Source: a virus
DNA: 40,041 nt
Reading direction: 5' to 3' (one strand)
IMG/VR virus record: IMGVR_UViG_3300045988_056052
How positions within the stretch are numbered: position 1 is the stretch's first letter; every line of letters begins with the position of its first letter. Positions 17,082 to 23,959 of the stretch are shown here, piece by piece. The notes below the pieces were generated by a model. It was not told the origin of the DNA, ran no database searches, and saw only the letters and a program-made list of their open reading frames with translations. A program made the translations under genes and the position numbers.

Positions 17082-17242
17082 TGCTGACAATCACGGAAAT
17101 CAAATTGAGCAAAAATCCTGTCGGGACAGGGGAAAAGTTTACCATATCTGTGCAGATTCAGGAGACAGCAGATTATCCGTATGACTATCCTTATGATTTC
17201 CCGGTATCCTGCACGGTCACAGCGAAACCGAAAGAAACATAA
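17078..17242 (+). CDS. Small Ig-like-module protein, 54 aa
   Basis: ATGA-type overlap with the previous stop. TITEIKLSKNPVGTGEKFTISVQIQE parallels KSITLTPNPVDCGKTFVIAVEITD at the end of 15630..16514. Confidence 0.4.
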   Translation: MMLTITEIKLSKNPVGTGEKFTISVQIQETADYPYDYPYDFPVSCTVTAKPKET

Positions 17243-17314
17243 AAATGATTTTCAGAGGGACTGAATATTGTATCATCAAATTACCCTGAGCTGTTTAAAT
17301 AAGAAGAAACTCGT

Positions 17315-17342
17315 TTGAATTAACTGACAACCGTGATATACA
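17315..17342 (+). promoter_or_regulatory. Candidate lysis-cassette promoter (TTGAAT-16 nt-TGaTATACA, extended -10)
   Basis: Read directly in the 158-bp non-coding gap upstream of 17401. Confidence 0.35.
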
Positions 17343-17400
17343 GGTGGTACACAAAAACACCGAAAACCCCGGAGTTTATGCGGCTCATGGAGGTATTGCT

Positions 17401-17634
17401 ATGGCAGCAGGAGCTATCATTATAACGTTATTGGAGTTGATTGTCGGAACTATTGTAAATATCATATTGGGATGGAATGTATGGGACTACAGCAATCTTC
17501 CAGGAAATCTGCTTGGACAGATTTGTCCGCAATTTACGGTATTGTGGTTCTTCCTGTCGGCTGTAGCCGTCTATCTAGATGATTGGATAAGATACTTGCT
17601 GTGGGGAGAAAAACGGCCAAAATATAAATTTTAG
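17401..17634 (+). CDS. Small 2-TM membrane protein resembling the C-terminal half of PF06541 ('putative ABC-transporter type IV') proteins
   Basis: SD GGAGG, 7 nt, ATG 17401. The motif GWNVWDYSNLPGNLLGQICPQFTVLWF resembles the family W-DYS motif. The track ORF (17344) extends upstream without an SD. Confidence 0.55.
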   Translation: MAAGAIIITLLELIVGTIVNIILGWNVWDYSNLPGNLLGQICPQFTVLWFFLSAVAVYLDDWIRYLLWGEKRPKYKF

Positions 17635-17649
17635 AAAGGAAGGATTGAA

Positions 17650-18114
17650 ATGATGGATAAGATTATCACATTGCTGTCAAGCAATTCATTTGTAAAAATT
17701 TTGCTGATAGCGGTTGCTCTAGATACGATACTTGGTGTACTCAGAGCGATTAAAGAACACAAATTCAACAGCTGCGTAGGAATCGACGGAGCAATTCGGA
17801 AAGCAGGAATGCTCCTGTCAGTAGGATTCCTTATGGCAACGGACGTGATTATGCATATTAATGTATTAGGCATGGTACCTGAGAAATATGTACAGATTCT
17901 TGGAATTGATAAGATGGGAATCTGCGAATTCTTCAGTCTACTATTCATATTGTACGAACTGGTTAGCATCCTCAAGAATATGACATTATGCGGACTTCCA
18001 GTACCAACCAAAATCAAGAAATGGATTCAGAAATTCCTCGATGATATGACAGAAGAGCTTCCGAAAGAAGCAGCCAAGGAATTGCACCAGTGCAAGAAAG
18101 GAGAAGAATCATGA
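17650..18114 (+). CDS. Holin (phage_holin_4 / TcdE-like)
   Basis: N-terminus MMDKIITLLSSNSFVKILLIAVALDTILGVLRAIKEHKFNS, several TM helices, located upstream of the endolysin. Confidence 0.7.
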   Translation: MMDKIITLLSSNSFVKILLIAVALDTILGVLRAIKEHKFNSCVGIDGAIRKAGMLLSVGFLMATDVIMHINVLGMVPEKYVQILGIDKMGICEFFSLLFILYELVSILKNMTLCGLPVPTKIKKWIQKFLDDMTEELPKEAAKELHQCKKGEES

Positions 18115-18287
18115 CAGAACAGACAATTAAAGAAACAATTAAGAGTTTCGCTTACGGACTTTCAGCAAAGGAAATCTCCGATAACGAAGGAACATCACTT
18201 GAAGTTATGGAGAAGTTCGCAGAGGAACACGCTGCGGAGATTGAGCAGAAGAAAGCAGAATTGAAGGAAGGTGGATGGTATGAGTAA
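18111..18287 (+). CDS. Small acidic protein between holin and endolysin
   Basis: ATGA overlap with the holin stop, SD AAAGGAG. MTEQTIKETIKSFAYGLSAKEISDNEG... Confidence 0.45.
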   Translation: MTEQTIKETIKSFAYGLSAKEISDNEGTSLEVMEKFAEEHAAEIEQKKAELKEGGWYE

Positions 18288-19350
18288 TCTGATTATTGAC
18301 GTATCTTATCATAATGGAGTCATCAACTGGGAAAAGGTAAAAGCATCTGGTTGTGCCGGAGCTATTCTCCGCTGTGGATATGGAGATGATATCGCATCAC
18401 AGGACGATAAGCAGTGGATTCGCAACCTTGCAGAGTGCGAAAGACTTGGAATTCCGGTAGGAGTCTATCTGTACAGCTACGCTACTTGTGACAGACAGGC
18501 GCAGAGCGAACTTGATCACATCTTGAGATTGATTAAAGGGCATACATTCCAGTTACCAATTTTCATTGATGTAGAAGAGCCGGGAACACAGAACTATGCT
18601 CCTAGATGCTGTGAAATCGTCTGCGAAGGACTTAAGGCGAATGGATATATTCCGGGAATCTACGCTTCACTGAGTTGGTTTAGCAACCATCTTGGAAGTG
18701 TACGTGGCAAGTATATTGAATGGATGGCAAGATACAAGAATCTTCCGGAAGATACATACAAGGGACAGTACGCAATTTGGCAGTATTCCTCAGATGGTTA
18801 TGTAGATGGAGTCAGCGGAAGAGTAGATGTGAACCATTGCTACATGGAGTTTGGTGGAACTGTTCAGCCTGTTACACCGTCAGCACCTTCTAAGCCAGCA
18901 GAGAAGAAAGACTTAGGACAGGTCGATATTACATATCAGGCTTTCACGGATAGATGGTGGCCACCAGTAGTGAACAAGATTGATTGGGCTGGAAAAGGTG
19001 ATAATGTTCCAATCAAGTGGCTTGCGATCAAAGTTAGCAAGGGAAGTATCCGTTGTCGAGTATACACAAGAAAGAGTGGTTGGCTTCCGTATCTTACATT
19101 CGGCAATAGCTATGATCTGAATGATAAAAAGAACGGAATCCTCGGAGATGGTTCAGAGATTCTTGCTATTGAGCTGTACTACATCACACCGGATGGATAT
19201 AAGTACAAGATGGTTCATTACAGAGTTTCTGTTAGAGATAACTCTAACTTCTACGGTGAGCAGATCGACACGTTAAAAACCAACGGTGCAGACGGTTATG
19301 CGGGGGACAAGAAGAGATTCGTGGATAAGTTCCAGGCTTGGATTGAGTAG
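18280..19350 (+). CDS. Endolysin: GH25 muramidase plus an uncharacterised C-terminal (wall-binding?) domain
   Basis: MSNLIIDVSYHNGVINWEKVKASG..ILRCGYG...GIPVGVYLYSYA is the GH25 pattern. The ATG 18280 start is preferred over the GTG start at 18271. Confidence 0.85.
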   Translation: MSNLIIDVSYHNGVINWEKVKASGCAGAILRCGYGDDIASQDDKQWIRNLAECERLGIPVGVYLYSYATCDRQAQSELDHILRLIKGHTFQLPIFIDVEEPGTQNYAPRCCEIVCEGLKANGYIPGIYASLSWFSNHLGSVRGKYIEWMARYKNLPEDTYKGQYAIWQYSSDGYVDGVSGRVDVNHCYMEFGGTVQPVTPSAPSKPAEKKDLGQVDITYQAFTDRWWPPVVNKIDWAGKGDNVPIKWLAIKVSKGSIRCRVYTRKSGWLPYLTFGNSYDLNDKKNGILGDGSEILAIELYYITPDGYKYKMVHYRVSVRDNSNFYGEQIDTLKTNGADGYAGDKKRFVDKFQAWIE

Positions 19351-19357
19351 AAAAGAT

Positions 19358-19388
19358 GCCCCAGAGCAGTTCGCTTTGGGGCTTTAAT
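19358..19388 (+). terminator. Rho-independent terminator of the late/lysis operon
   Basis: A 10-bp stem gccccagagc / gctttggggc with a 5-nt loop, followed by tttaatatt. Confidence 0.7.
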
Positions 19389-19407
19389 ATTGTATCATTT
19401 TCTTCTA

Positions 19408-19434
19408 TTTTCGTGTTGCATTTCGTGTTGCATA
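19408..19434 (+). repeat. Tandem TTCGTGTTGCA x2: putative integrase arm-type site (P arm)
   Basis: tttcgtgttgcatttcgtgttgcatag recurs (1 mismatch) at 19627..19651, on the other side of the tRNA-like core. Confidence 0.5.
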
Positions 19435-19520
19435 GTTTTCTAATATCGTATATTTTCACCATTTTATGAGAATTATTCTAATATGCTAGAATCCTAGAAC
19501 CCTTGTATTTACTGGGAAAA

Positions 19521-19553
19521 ACAAAAAACCCAGCAATCATAACGATTACTGGG
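19521..19553 (-). terminator. Minus-strand terminator downstream of int and the tRNA-like core
   Basis: Hairpin cccagcaatc-ataac-gattactggg (1 mismatch), preceded on the + strand by aaaaaa, which is a U-run on the minus strand. Confidence 0.5.
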
Positions 19554-19554
19554 C

Positions 19555-19607
19555 TTACAGGGGATGAGAGAATCGAACTCCCACAGAAAGTGTTAAAACC
19601 CCTGTAA
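19555..19607 (-). other. Candidate attP core: tRNA 3'-half-like sequence (T-arm plus acceptor 3' strand) bounded by a 9-bp inverted repeat
   Basis: The minus strand reads gggagTTCGATTctctc-atcccct-g (T-stem/loop and acceptor 3' strand). TTACAGGGG (19555-19563) and CCCCTGTAA (19599-19607) form a perfect inverted repeat. No D arm or anticodon arm is present. Adjacent to int. Confidence 0.5.
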
Positions 19608-19619
19608 AATCAATGATTG

Positions 19620-20723
19620 TTATGATTCATGTTGCATTTCGTGTTGCATAGACTCAAAATAGTCGATTGCAATCTTATTCATTTTATCTTCCATGTCCGG
19701 AAGAGTGTGACGGTAGACTTCTTTCAGTACCGAATCATTTCCCCATCCACCAGATTGCATGATATATGCATCTGGTATACCAAGTGCATGCTGGACAGAA
19801 GCGTTGTAATGCCTTAAGTCATGGAAACGAAAGTGCGGTATCTCTAATTTCTTAAGCAGATTTCCAAACAATGTTGTTAATGTATTCGGATTCATGTCTA
19901 CAGTGTCGGTTGGTAGTTTCAAGAACTTCTCGATTACGAACGATGGGTAGTTCACATATCTGTCACCAGCATAAGACTTAGGTGCTTTTACAATCCATTC
20001 CCCCTCGTCATTCATAACCATTGTTTTTGTAACGTGGATTGTGTGATTCTTAATGTCAGACTTTTGCAATGCACAGATTTCGCCTCTCCGCATAGCTCCA
20101 AACGCTGCGAGAAGAATCGGCACTTCCATGATAGTTCCTTCTGATGCACGAACAATCTTTTTGATGTCCTCTTCTGTAGGAATGTAAATATTGCTCCTAA
20201 GTTTCTTCGGAAGAGTGATATTGATTACGATTCCAGGACGAAATCTTTTCATTACCGCACTGATCAGACCGTTCATGTCACGAACAGACTTAGGTGACAG
20301 CTCTGTAGATGCATTATTAATCACTTTTTGAATTACGCTTTGGGTGAGTTCTTTCAGCTGATACTCCTTAAGCGGTACCATGCAATTGTGTTGCATGCTC
20401 TTGTACTTCCTGATACTGGACGGAGAGAGGACAGCGGACCGTTCCTGTATATACTTTTCCAGTGCATCACCGAAAGTCATTTGCACTTCTTCATCTTTCT
20501 TGATTTCTTTGTTATCTGCCCATTCAGCAGCCATTGCTTCAACTTTTCTTTTTCCTCTTGCCGATGGATCATCACAAGTGAAAGACTTATAGATTCTTTT
20601 CTGCTTCTGCTTTTTTGTTTTCGGATCAATAACTGGTTTTCCATCCTTATCCACCACATTTTCATAGTGTGAGAATACCAGACATCTCCATGATCCGGAA
20701 GGTAACTTCTTAGCTGTTGCCAT
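19620..20723 (-). CDS. int: Tyrosine integrase (phage integrase family)
   Basis: 367 aa with motifs AMRRGEICAL (Arg), HDLRHYNAS (H-x-x-R) and GGWGNDSVLKEVYRH (Tyr). Next to the tRNA-like attP core. Confidence 0.9.
   Translation of the reverse strand: MATAKKLPSGSWRCLVFSHYENVVDKDGKPVIDPKTKKQKQKRIYKSFTCDDPSARGKRKVEAMAAEWADNKEIKKDEEVQMTFGDALEKYIQERSAVLSPSSIRKYKSMQHNCMVPLKEYQLKELTQSVIQKVINNASTELSPKSVRDMNGLISAVMKRFRPGIVINITLPKKLRSNIYIPTEEDIKKIVRASEGTIMEVPILLAAFGAMRRGEICALQKSDIKNHTIHVTKTMVMNDEGEWIVKAPKSYAGDRYVNYPSFVIEKFLKLPTDTVDMNPNTLTTLFGNLLKKLEIPHFRFHDLRHYNASVQHALGIPDAYIMQSGGWGNDSVLKEVYRHTLPDMEDKMNKIAIDYFESMQHEMQHES
19627..19651 (+). repeat. Second copy of the tandem repeat (P' arm), overlapping the int 3' end
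   Basis: tcatgttgcatttcgtgttgcatag. On the minus strand it encodes the integrase C-terminal tail MQHEMQHES*. Confidence 0.5.
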
Positions 20724-20929
20724 ATAATCATCTCCTTTTTATAAAAAATGGTATAAAAATAACAGCCTAGCAACAGAACAAGAGTTCTGATTGATTGACT
20801 GCTCCGAAGATGATACAATATTCATTGGATTTTGGAGTATCTCTTCGGAGTTACTAAAAGAAGCACATTGGCGTGTGTTTCTTTTAGTTGACCGTTCCTG
20901 TTGGCGCAGGAGCGGTTTCTTTTTTGGTA

Positions 20930-21559
20930 TTAATTAAAAGAAAGTCTGCGAACTTCATTTGCAGTATTGGTATTACATTTGATTTCCTTTTGAACTCTCG
21001 TTCCTGTTTCTGTAGATTCGAATACTAAAAATGCAACGGTATCTAATTCCTGCTGTTTTGTCGTAGTAGTTGTGTTGACTTTTGTTTTCTTTCCGAGGGA
21101 TGCGCCGACGACGGCACCGACAGGTCCAGCAACTGCAGCACCAATTAGTGCGCTGCCAGCACGACCGTGAGTTTTATTATTTCCGGTTGTTTTGCTGATT
21201 AAATTGTATTGAGGACCATCCCAAATAAAATCAACCAGTTTAAAGTGTCCAGCGCCTTCCTGAAAAGAATTTCCGAAATAGTATAAACCATTTCCATCTT
21301 TACGGAATTTTAAACCACCTATATTGTATTGTGTTTCAGCTTTTTTTAAGGCTTTGATGCGATCGCGCTCAGCCTTTTCGGCTTGTCGCTTCTCCCAGTC
21401 AGCTAAATGTTCTTCTGGAGTCTTTTTGGCAGTGGCTTCAAAGAAGCTGCGGTCGTCTTCAGTCAATGTAGAAATTTCATTATTTTCTATTTTTTGCCTT
21501 AAGTCAGCATATCTAGAAGCGTTATCCCAGCTTCCTTTTAATTTGTCTAAAAAACCCAT
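20930..21559 (-). CDS. Lysogeny-module moron: coiled-coil N-terminus plus a glycine-zipper hydrophobic segment (function unknown)
   Basis: 209 aa with SD GAGAGGGA. Contains GSALIGAAVAGPVGAVVGASLG, a GxxxG-type zipper. Located between int and the ImmA/repressor genes. Confidence 0.65.
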   Translation of the reverse strand: MGFLDKLKGSWDNASRYADLRQKIENNEISTLTEDDRSFFEATAKKTPEEHLADWEKRQAEKAERDRIKALKKAETQYNIGGLKFRKDGNGLYYFGNSFQEGAGHFKLVDFIWDGPQYNLISKTTGNNKTHGRAGSALIGAAVAGPVGAVVGASLGKKTKVNTTTTTKQQELDTVAFLVFESTETGTRVQKEIKCNTNTANEVRRLSFN

Positions 21560-21644
21560 GTTTTTTTATCCCTCTCTTTCTTTTGCGAGACCTGTTCCTT
21601 ACGAGCCACCACTGCTCGTATATATAATCCCTTGTGAGGTTATA

Positions 21645-22109
21645 TCACATCATTTCAACCACTACCAGATTCGGAATGAAGTATATAATATAGTTATCAA
21701 CGGTAGTATATACTCCATACTTATCACGGTAGCAACTGATACATTCTTCCAGATATTCTTCTGTAACATCCAGAAAGTCTGCAATTTCATATTTATTTTG
21801 ACATCCAGCATTGAATGCGTGGATGATTCCCATAAGTCCGATCAGGCGGTTGTAGCCGTGCAATCGGGCTTGACGTTCCTGTTTACGGTTTTGTACGGAA
21901 TTTATATCTATAATATCACCAACGGATGTGTGGTGATGTCCAAGTTCTTCAGCCAGTGTACAGGCTTTTTGAACTGTATTCATATCTTTTCTGATTGCGA
22001 CAGTACCGTCACAATACAATCCTTTTATTCGATCACTGTGAAATGTATAATCTATAACATCTATACCGTCCCCGCAGGCTTCGTCTTGTAAACATTCGTA
22101 TGTGTTCAT
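21645..22109 (-). CDS. ImmA/IrrE-family metallopeptidase (COG2856-like)
   Basis: SD GGGAGGTG then ATG 22109 (MNTYECLQDE...). Motif KACTLAEELGHHHTS. Immediately downstream of the XRE repressor, the canonical pairing. Confidence 0.8.
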   Translation of the reverse strand: MNTYECLQDEACGDGIDVIDYTFHSDRIKGLYCDGTVAIRKDMNTVQKACTLAEELGHHHTSVGDIIDINSVQNRKQERQARLHGYNRLIGLMGIIHAFNAGCQNKYEIADFLDVTEEYLEECISCYRDKYGVYTTVDNYIIYFIPNLVVVEMM

Positions 22110-22163
22110 ATGTATAGCACCTCCCACTACAGCATATCCGTTTATCTATCCAATAAAAATGTT

Positions 22164-22484
22164 TTATTTTCTTCTGTTCTTTACAAATGCAGCGAAGTTT
22201 TTGATTTCTTCCATTTCAGACTCAGTGTATTCTTCACCGTCGAAGTGGGCGGCGAGAGTGGCAGGATGATAAGTATTGTCTATAACCATTTTTTCTAATT
22301 CATCTGCGGTAATTCCTAAAGCATTACATATCTTACAAACATTAACATACCCTGCTTTTTCAGCACCACGTTCCAATATAGCTTTTACAGTTGAATATGG
22401 AAGACCAGATATTTTTACGATATCTGCAACTTTCATATTCTTATTTTCCATTAGTTTTTTCAATAATTCAGCACGTTGATCCAT
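22164..22484 (-). CDS. XRE-family HTH repressor (CI-like)
   Basis: MKVADIVKISGLPYSTVKAILERG is an HTH_3 pattern. Divergent from the Cro-like gene and paired with ImmA. Confidence 0.85.
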   Translation of the reverse strand: MDQRAELLKKLMENKNMKVADIVKISGLPYSTVKAILERGAEKAGYVNVCKICNALGITADELEKMVIDNTYHPATLAAHFDGEEYTESEMEEIKNFAAFVKNRRK

Positions 22485-22540
22485 TTTCTGTACCTCCTTG
22501 AATTGATATTACAATATTGCGTAACGAAAGTAAATAGAAA

Positions 22541-22560
22541 ATTGCAAAATATTGCAAAAA
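22541..22560. promoter_or_regulatory. Tandem half-site repeat ATTGCAAAAT / ATTGCAAAAA upstream of the -35
   Basis: Two direct 10-bp units sharing the ATTGC half-site with the palindromic operators. Confidence 0.4.
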
Positions 22561-22565
22561 ATATG

Positions 22566-22594
22566 TTGACAATTGCGCAATAATGCAATATAGT
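22566..22594 (+). promoter_or_regulatory. Rightward early promoter (TTGACA-17 nt-TATAGT)
   Basis: TTGACA at 22566-22571 and TATAGT at 22589-22594. The spacer contains the palindrome ATTGCGCAAT. Confidence 0.6.
22572..22581. promoter_or_regulatory. Operator palindrome ATTGCGCAAT (inside the promoter spacer)
   Basis: A perfect 10-bp palindrome. The same core recurs at 22613-22622. Confidence 0.55.
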
Positions 22595-22611
22595 AAAAAT
22601 ACGAATTGCGG

Positions 22612-22623
22612 AATTGCGCAATT
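22612..22623. promoter_or_regulatory. Operator palindrome AATTGCGCAATT (just downstream of the predicted +1)
   Basis: A perfect 12-bp palindrome, 41 bp centre-to-centre from the first. Preceded by an extra half-site, ATTGCG, at 22605. Confidence 0.55.
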
Positions 22624-22669
22624 TGAAAATGCGGACTGCATTGGAGAAAGGTTGATAGTTACTGGAACA

Positions 22670-22819
22670 TTAAAGCTCCTTTTCAAGGTGGAATGCTAAC
22701 GGAGTTTCTCCGAAGCAACCAGTATAAGACAGAGCGACTATCTTATAACCAAGTTTTATCCACTTCTCAGCTAATGTTTTGGAATAAGTAATTCGTTTTA
22801 TAGTACCACCTCCTTTCAT
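22670..22819 (-). CDS. Small protein (49 aa) in the switch region, antisense to the early leader (DUF5659-like?)
   Basis: MKGGGTIKRITYSKTLAEKWIKLGYKIVALSYTGCFGETPLAFHLEKEL. Too short for the ORF track. No clear SD. The family call is from memory only. Confidence 0.35.
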   Translation of the reverse strand: MKGGGTIKRITYSKTLAEKWIKLGYKIVALSYTGCFGETPLAFHLEKEL

Positions 22820-22845
22820 AGAGGCGATTTGCAGTCCGCATCAAT

Positions 22846-22854
22846 ATTATAGCA
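22846..22854 (-). promoter_or_regulatory. Leftward extended -10 promoter (TGcTATAAT on the minus strand)
   Basis: The reverse complement of 22846-22854 reads TGCTATAAT. It faces the rightward promoter at 22566 and overlaps the SD region of the Cro-like gene. Confidence 0.45.
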
Positions 22855-22871
22855 GAAGGGAGTGAGAAAAG

Positions 22872-23093
22872 TTGCCAGAAGTAAAAGTTGATAATCTGGA
22901 AGCGGAAATGAAACGAAACAAAATTTCGCGTTCTGACATTGCCAATTTACTGGGATTGTCATACAGAACTATTCATTCCAGATTTAATGGCGAATCAGAA
23001 TGGGGATATGCTGAATGTGTTAAAGTGCGAGATGCATATTTCCCAAACATGACATTAGACTACCTGTTTGAAACAGAAGAGAAAGTGAGGTGA
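22872..23093 (+). CDS. Cro-like XRE-family HTH protein (TTG start)
   Basis: SD AAGGGAG then TTG 22872. ISRSDIANLLGLSYRTIHSRFNG is an HTH. First gene of the rightward operon. Confidence 0.75.
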   Translation: MPEVKVDNLEAEMKRNKISRSDIANLLGLSYRTIHSRFNGESEWGYAECVKVRDAYFPNMTLDYLFETEEKVR

Positions 23094-23098
23094 GAGCA

Positions 23099-23338
23099 AT
23101 GAAGAAAAAGATTATCAATAAGAGAGTCAATGGAGATTCTGAAGAGCTGCACGCATTGAAAGGCTTTAAGGTCTTAGCTGTTGGCAACGGAACAATCGGA
23201 GAAGAGTGTGCGTTGAGTATCATGCTGATGAACGAGAACAACGTTGCTGTTGATTTAAGTATCACAGATGACGGAGCGTACCTCAGCGATTTCTACGCAC
23301 TGACAGAGGACATGATTCCACGCACTTATGATGACTAG
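23099..23338 (+). CDS. Small acidic early protein (79 aa), unknown function
   Basis: SD GAGGTGAGAG then ATG 23099. No recognisable motif. Confidence 0.55.
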   Translation: MKKKIINKRVNGDSEELHALKGFKVLAVGNGTIGEECALSIMLMNENNVAVDLSITDDGAYLSDFYALTEDMIPRTYDD

Positions 23339-23352
23339 AGAGGTGAGAGGAG

Positions 23353-23601
23353 ATGCCAAAATTAAAAATATCTGACAGGGAAAGGCAGAACAGAATACTT
23401 CTTGCAATCATTGAGTCAGGAAAGACTATGACAGCTATTGATACTCAGAAGCTTTCAAAACTGACCGGTATCCCGCCGAGCACTCTGTACCAAAGATTAA
23501 GTCAGCCGGATAATATCCGAATCAGTGAATTAAGAGAAATCCTAAGGGTGCTCAAAATCACTGATGAGGAAAAGGCGAAGATAGGTAGGGAAGTGATATG
23601 A
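23353..23601 (+). CDS. Small HTH protein (82 aa)
   Basis: SD GAGAGGAG. TQKLSKLTGIPPSTLYQRLSQPDN is HTH-like. Confidence 0.6.
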   Translation: MPKLKISDRERQNRILLAIIESGKTMTAIDTQKLSKLTGIPPSTLYQRLSQPDNIRISELREILRVLKITDEEKAKIGREVI

Positions 23602-23744
23602 GAGATTGTAGTTTCTGTAAAGAAAAAAACAGATGCATGGAAAGAAGTAGATGTATTCCGTGTTCATCATTTAAGAAAGAAGGTGAGAAAAATGAATCAG
23701 ATCGATATGATCGACATCCAAAGAAGAGCAATCCAGATAGTTAA
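23598..23744 (+). CDS. Possible Cys-rich mini-protein (48 aa)
   Basis: ATGA-coupled to the previous stop. MRDCSFCKEKNRCMERSRCIPCSS contains CxxC...C...CxxC. It overlaps the next ORF by 53 nt, so this call is uncertain. Confidence 0.3.
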   Translation: MRDCSFCKEKNRCMERSRCIPCSSFKKEGEKNESDRYDRHPKKSNPDS

Positions 23745-23874
23745 TACCAAGAGAGAGCCAAGAAGAATTGAGCATGATGACAGAGAAGAAACAACGTCAG
23801 CGGTTATGACAATAGTTGCGATGGGATTGGTAGTTGTCTTAGGAATCGCAACATGGGTTATCTTCGGATATTAA
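23692..23874 (+). CDS. Small protein with a C-terminal TM helix
   Basis: SD GAAGGTGAG then ATG 23692. The C-terminus is AVMTIVAMGLVVVLGIATWVIFGY. Confidence 0.5.
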   Translation: MNQIDMIDIQRRAIQIVNTKREPRRIEHDDREETTSAVMTIVAMGLVVVLGIATWVIFGY

Positions 23875-23959
23875 AAAAGAGTGCCCAGAAAAGGCGGCAA
23901 CCTTCGGACACTCGGAAATTAGTCAATTACATTATAAGAAAAGAAAGAAAATTAGTCAA

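Noticed and set aside
19408-19434. CRISPR array or DGR template/variable repeats
   Set aside because: Only short tandem or dispersed repeats exist (11-mers x2, the 15-mer x3). There is no repeat-spacer periodicity, no cas genes and no reverse transcriptase in the window.
19555-19607. A complete tRNA gene next to the integrase
   Set aside because: Only a T-arm and acceptor 3' strand can be folded. The upstream sequence gives no acceptable anticodon or D arm, so this is a tRNA fragment (att core), not a functional tRNA.
20891-20927. Hairpin accgttcctg-ttggcg-caggagcggt followed by ttctttttt, considered as the terminator of the minus-strand gene 20930..21559
   Set aside because: The U-run is on the + strand side, so it would terminate rightward, not leftward, transcription. 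It may insulate the lysogeny module from read-through of the late operon, but I could not support a specific role.
21324-22091. 255-aa + strand ORF across the lysogeny module
   Set aside because: It is antisense to the glycine-zipper gene and ImmA, both of which have motifs and SDs. Its sequence is Ser/Phe/Ile-rich nonsense. It is a shadow ORF.
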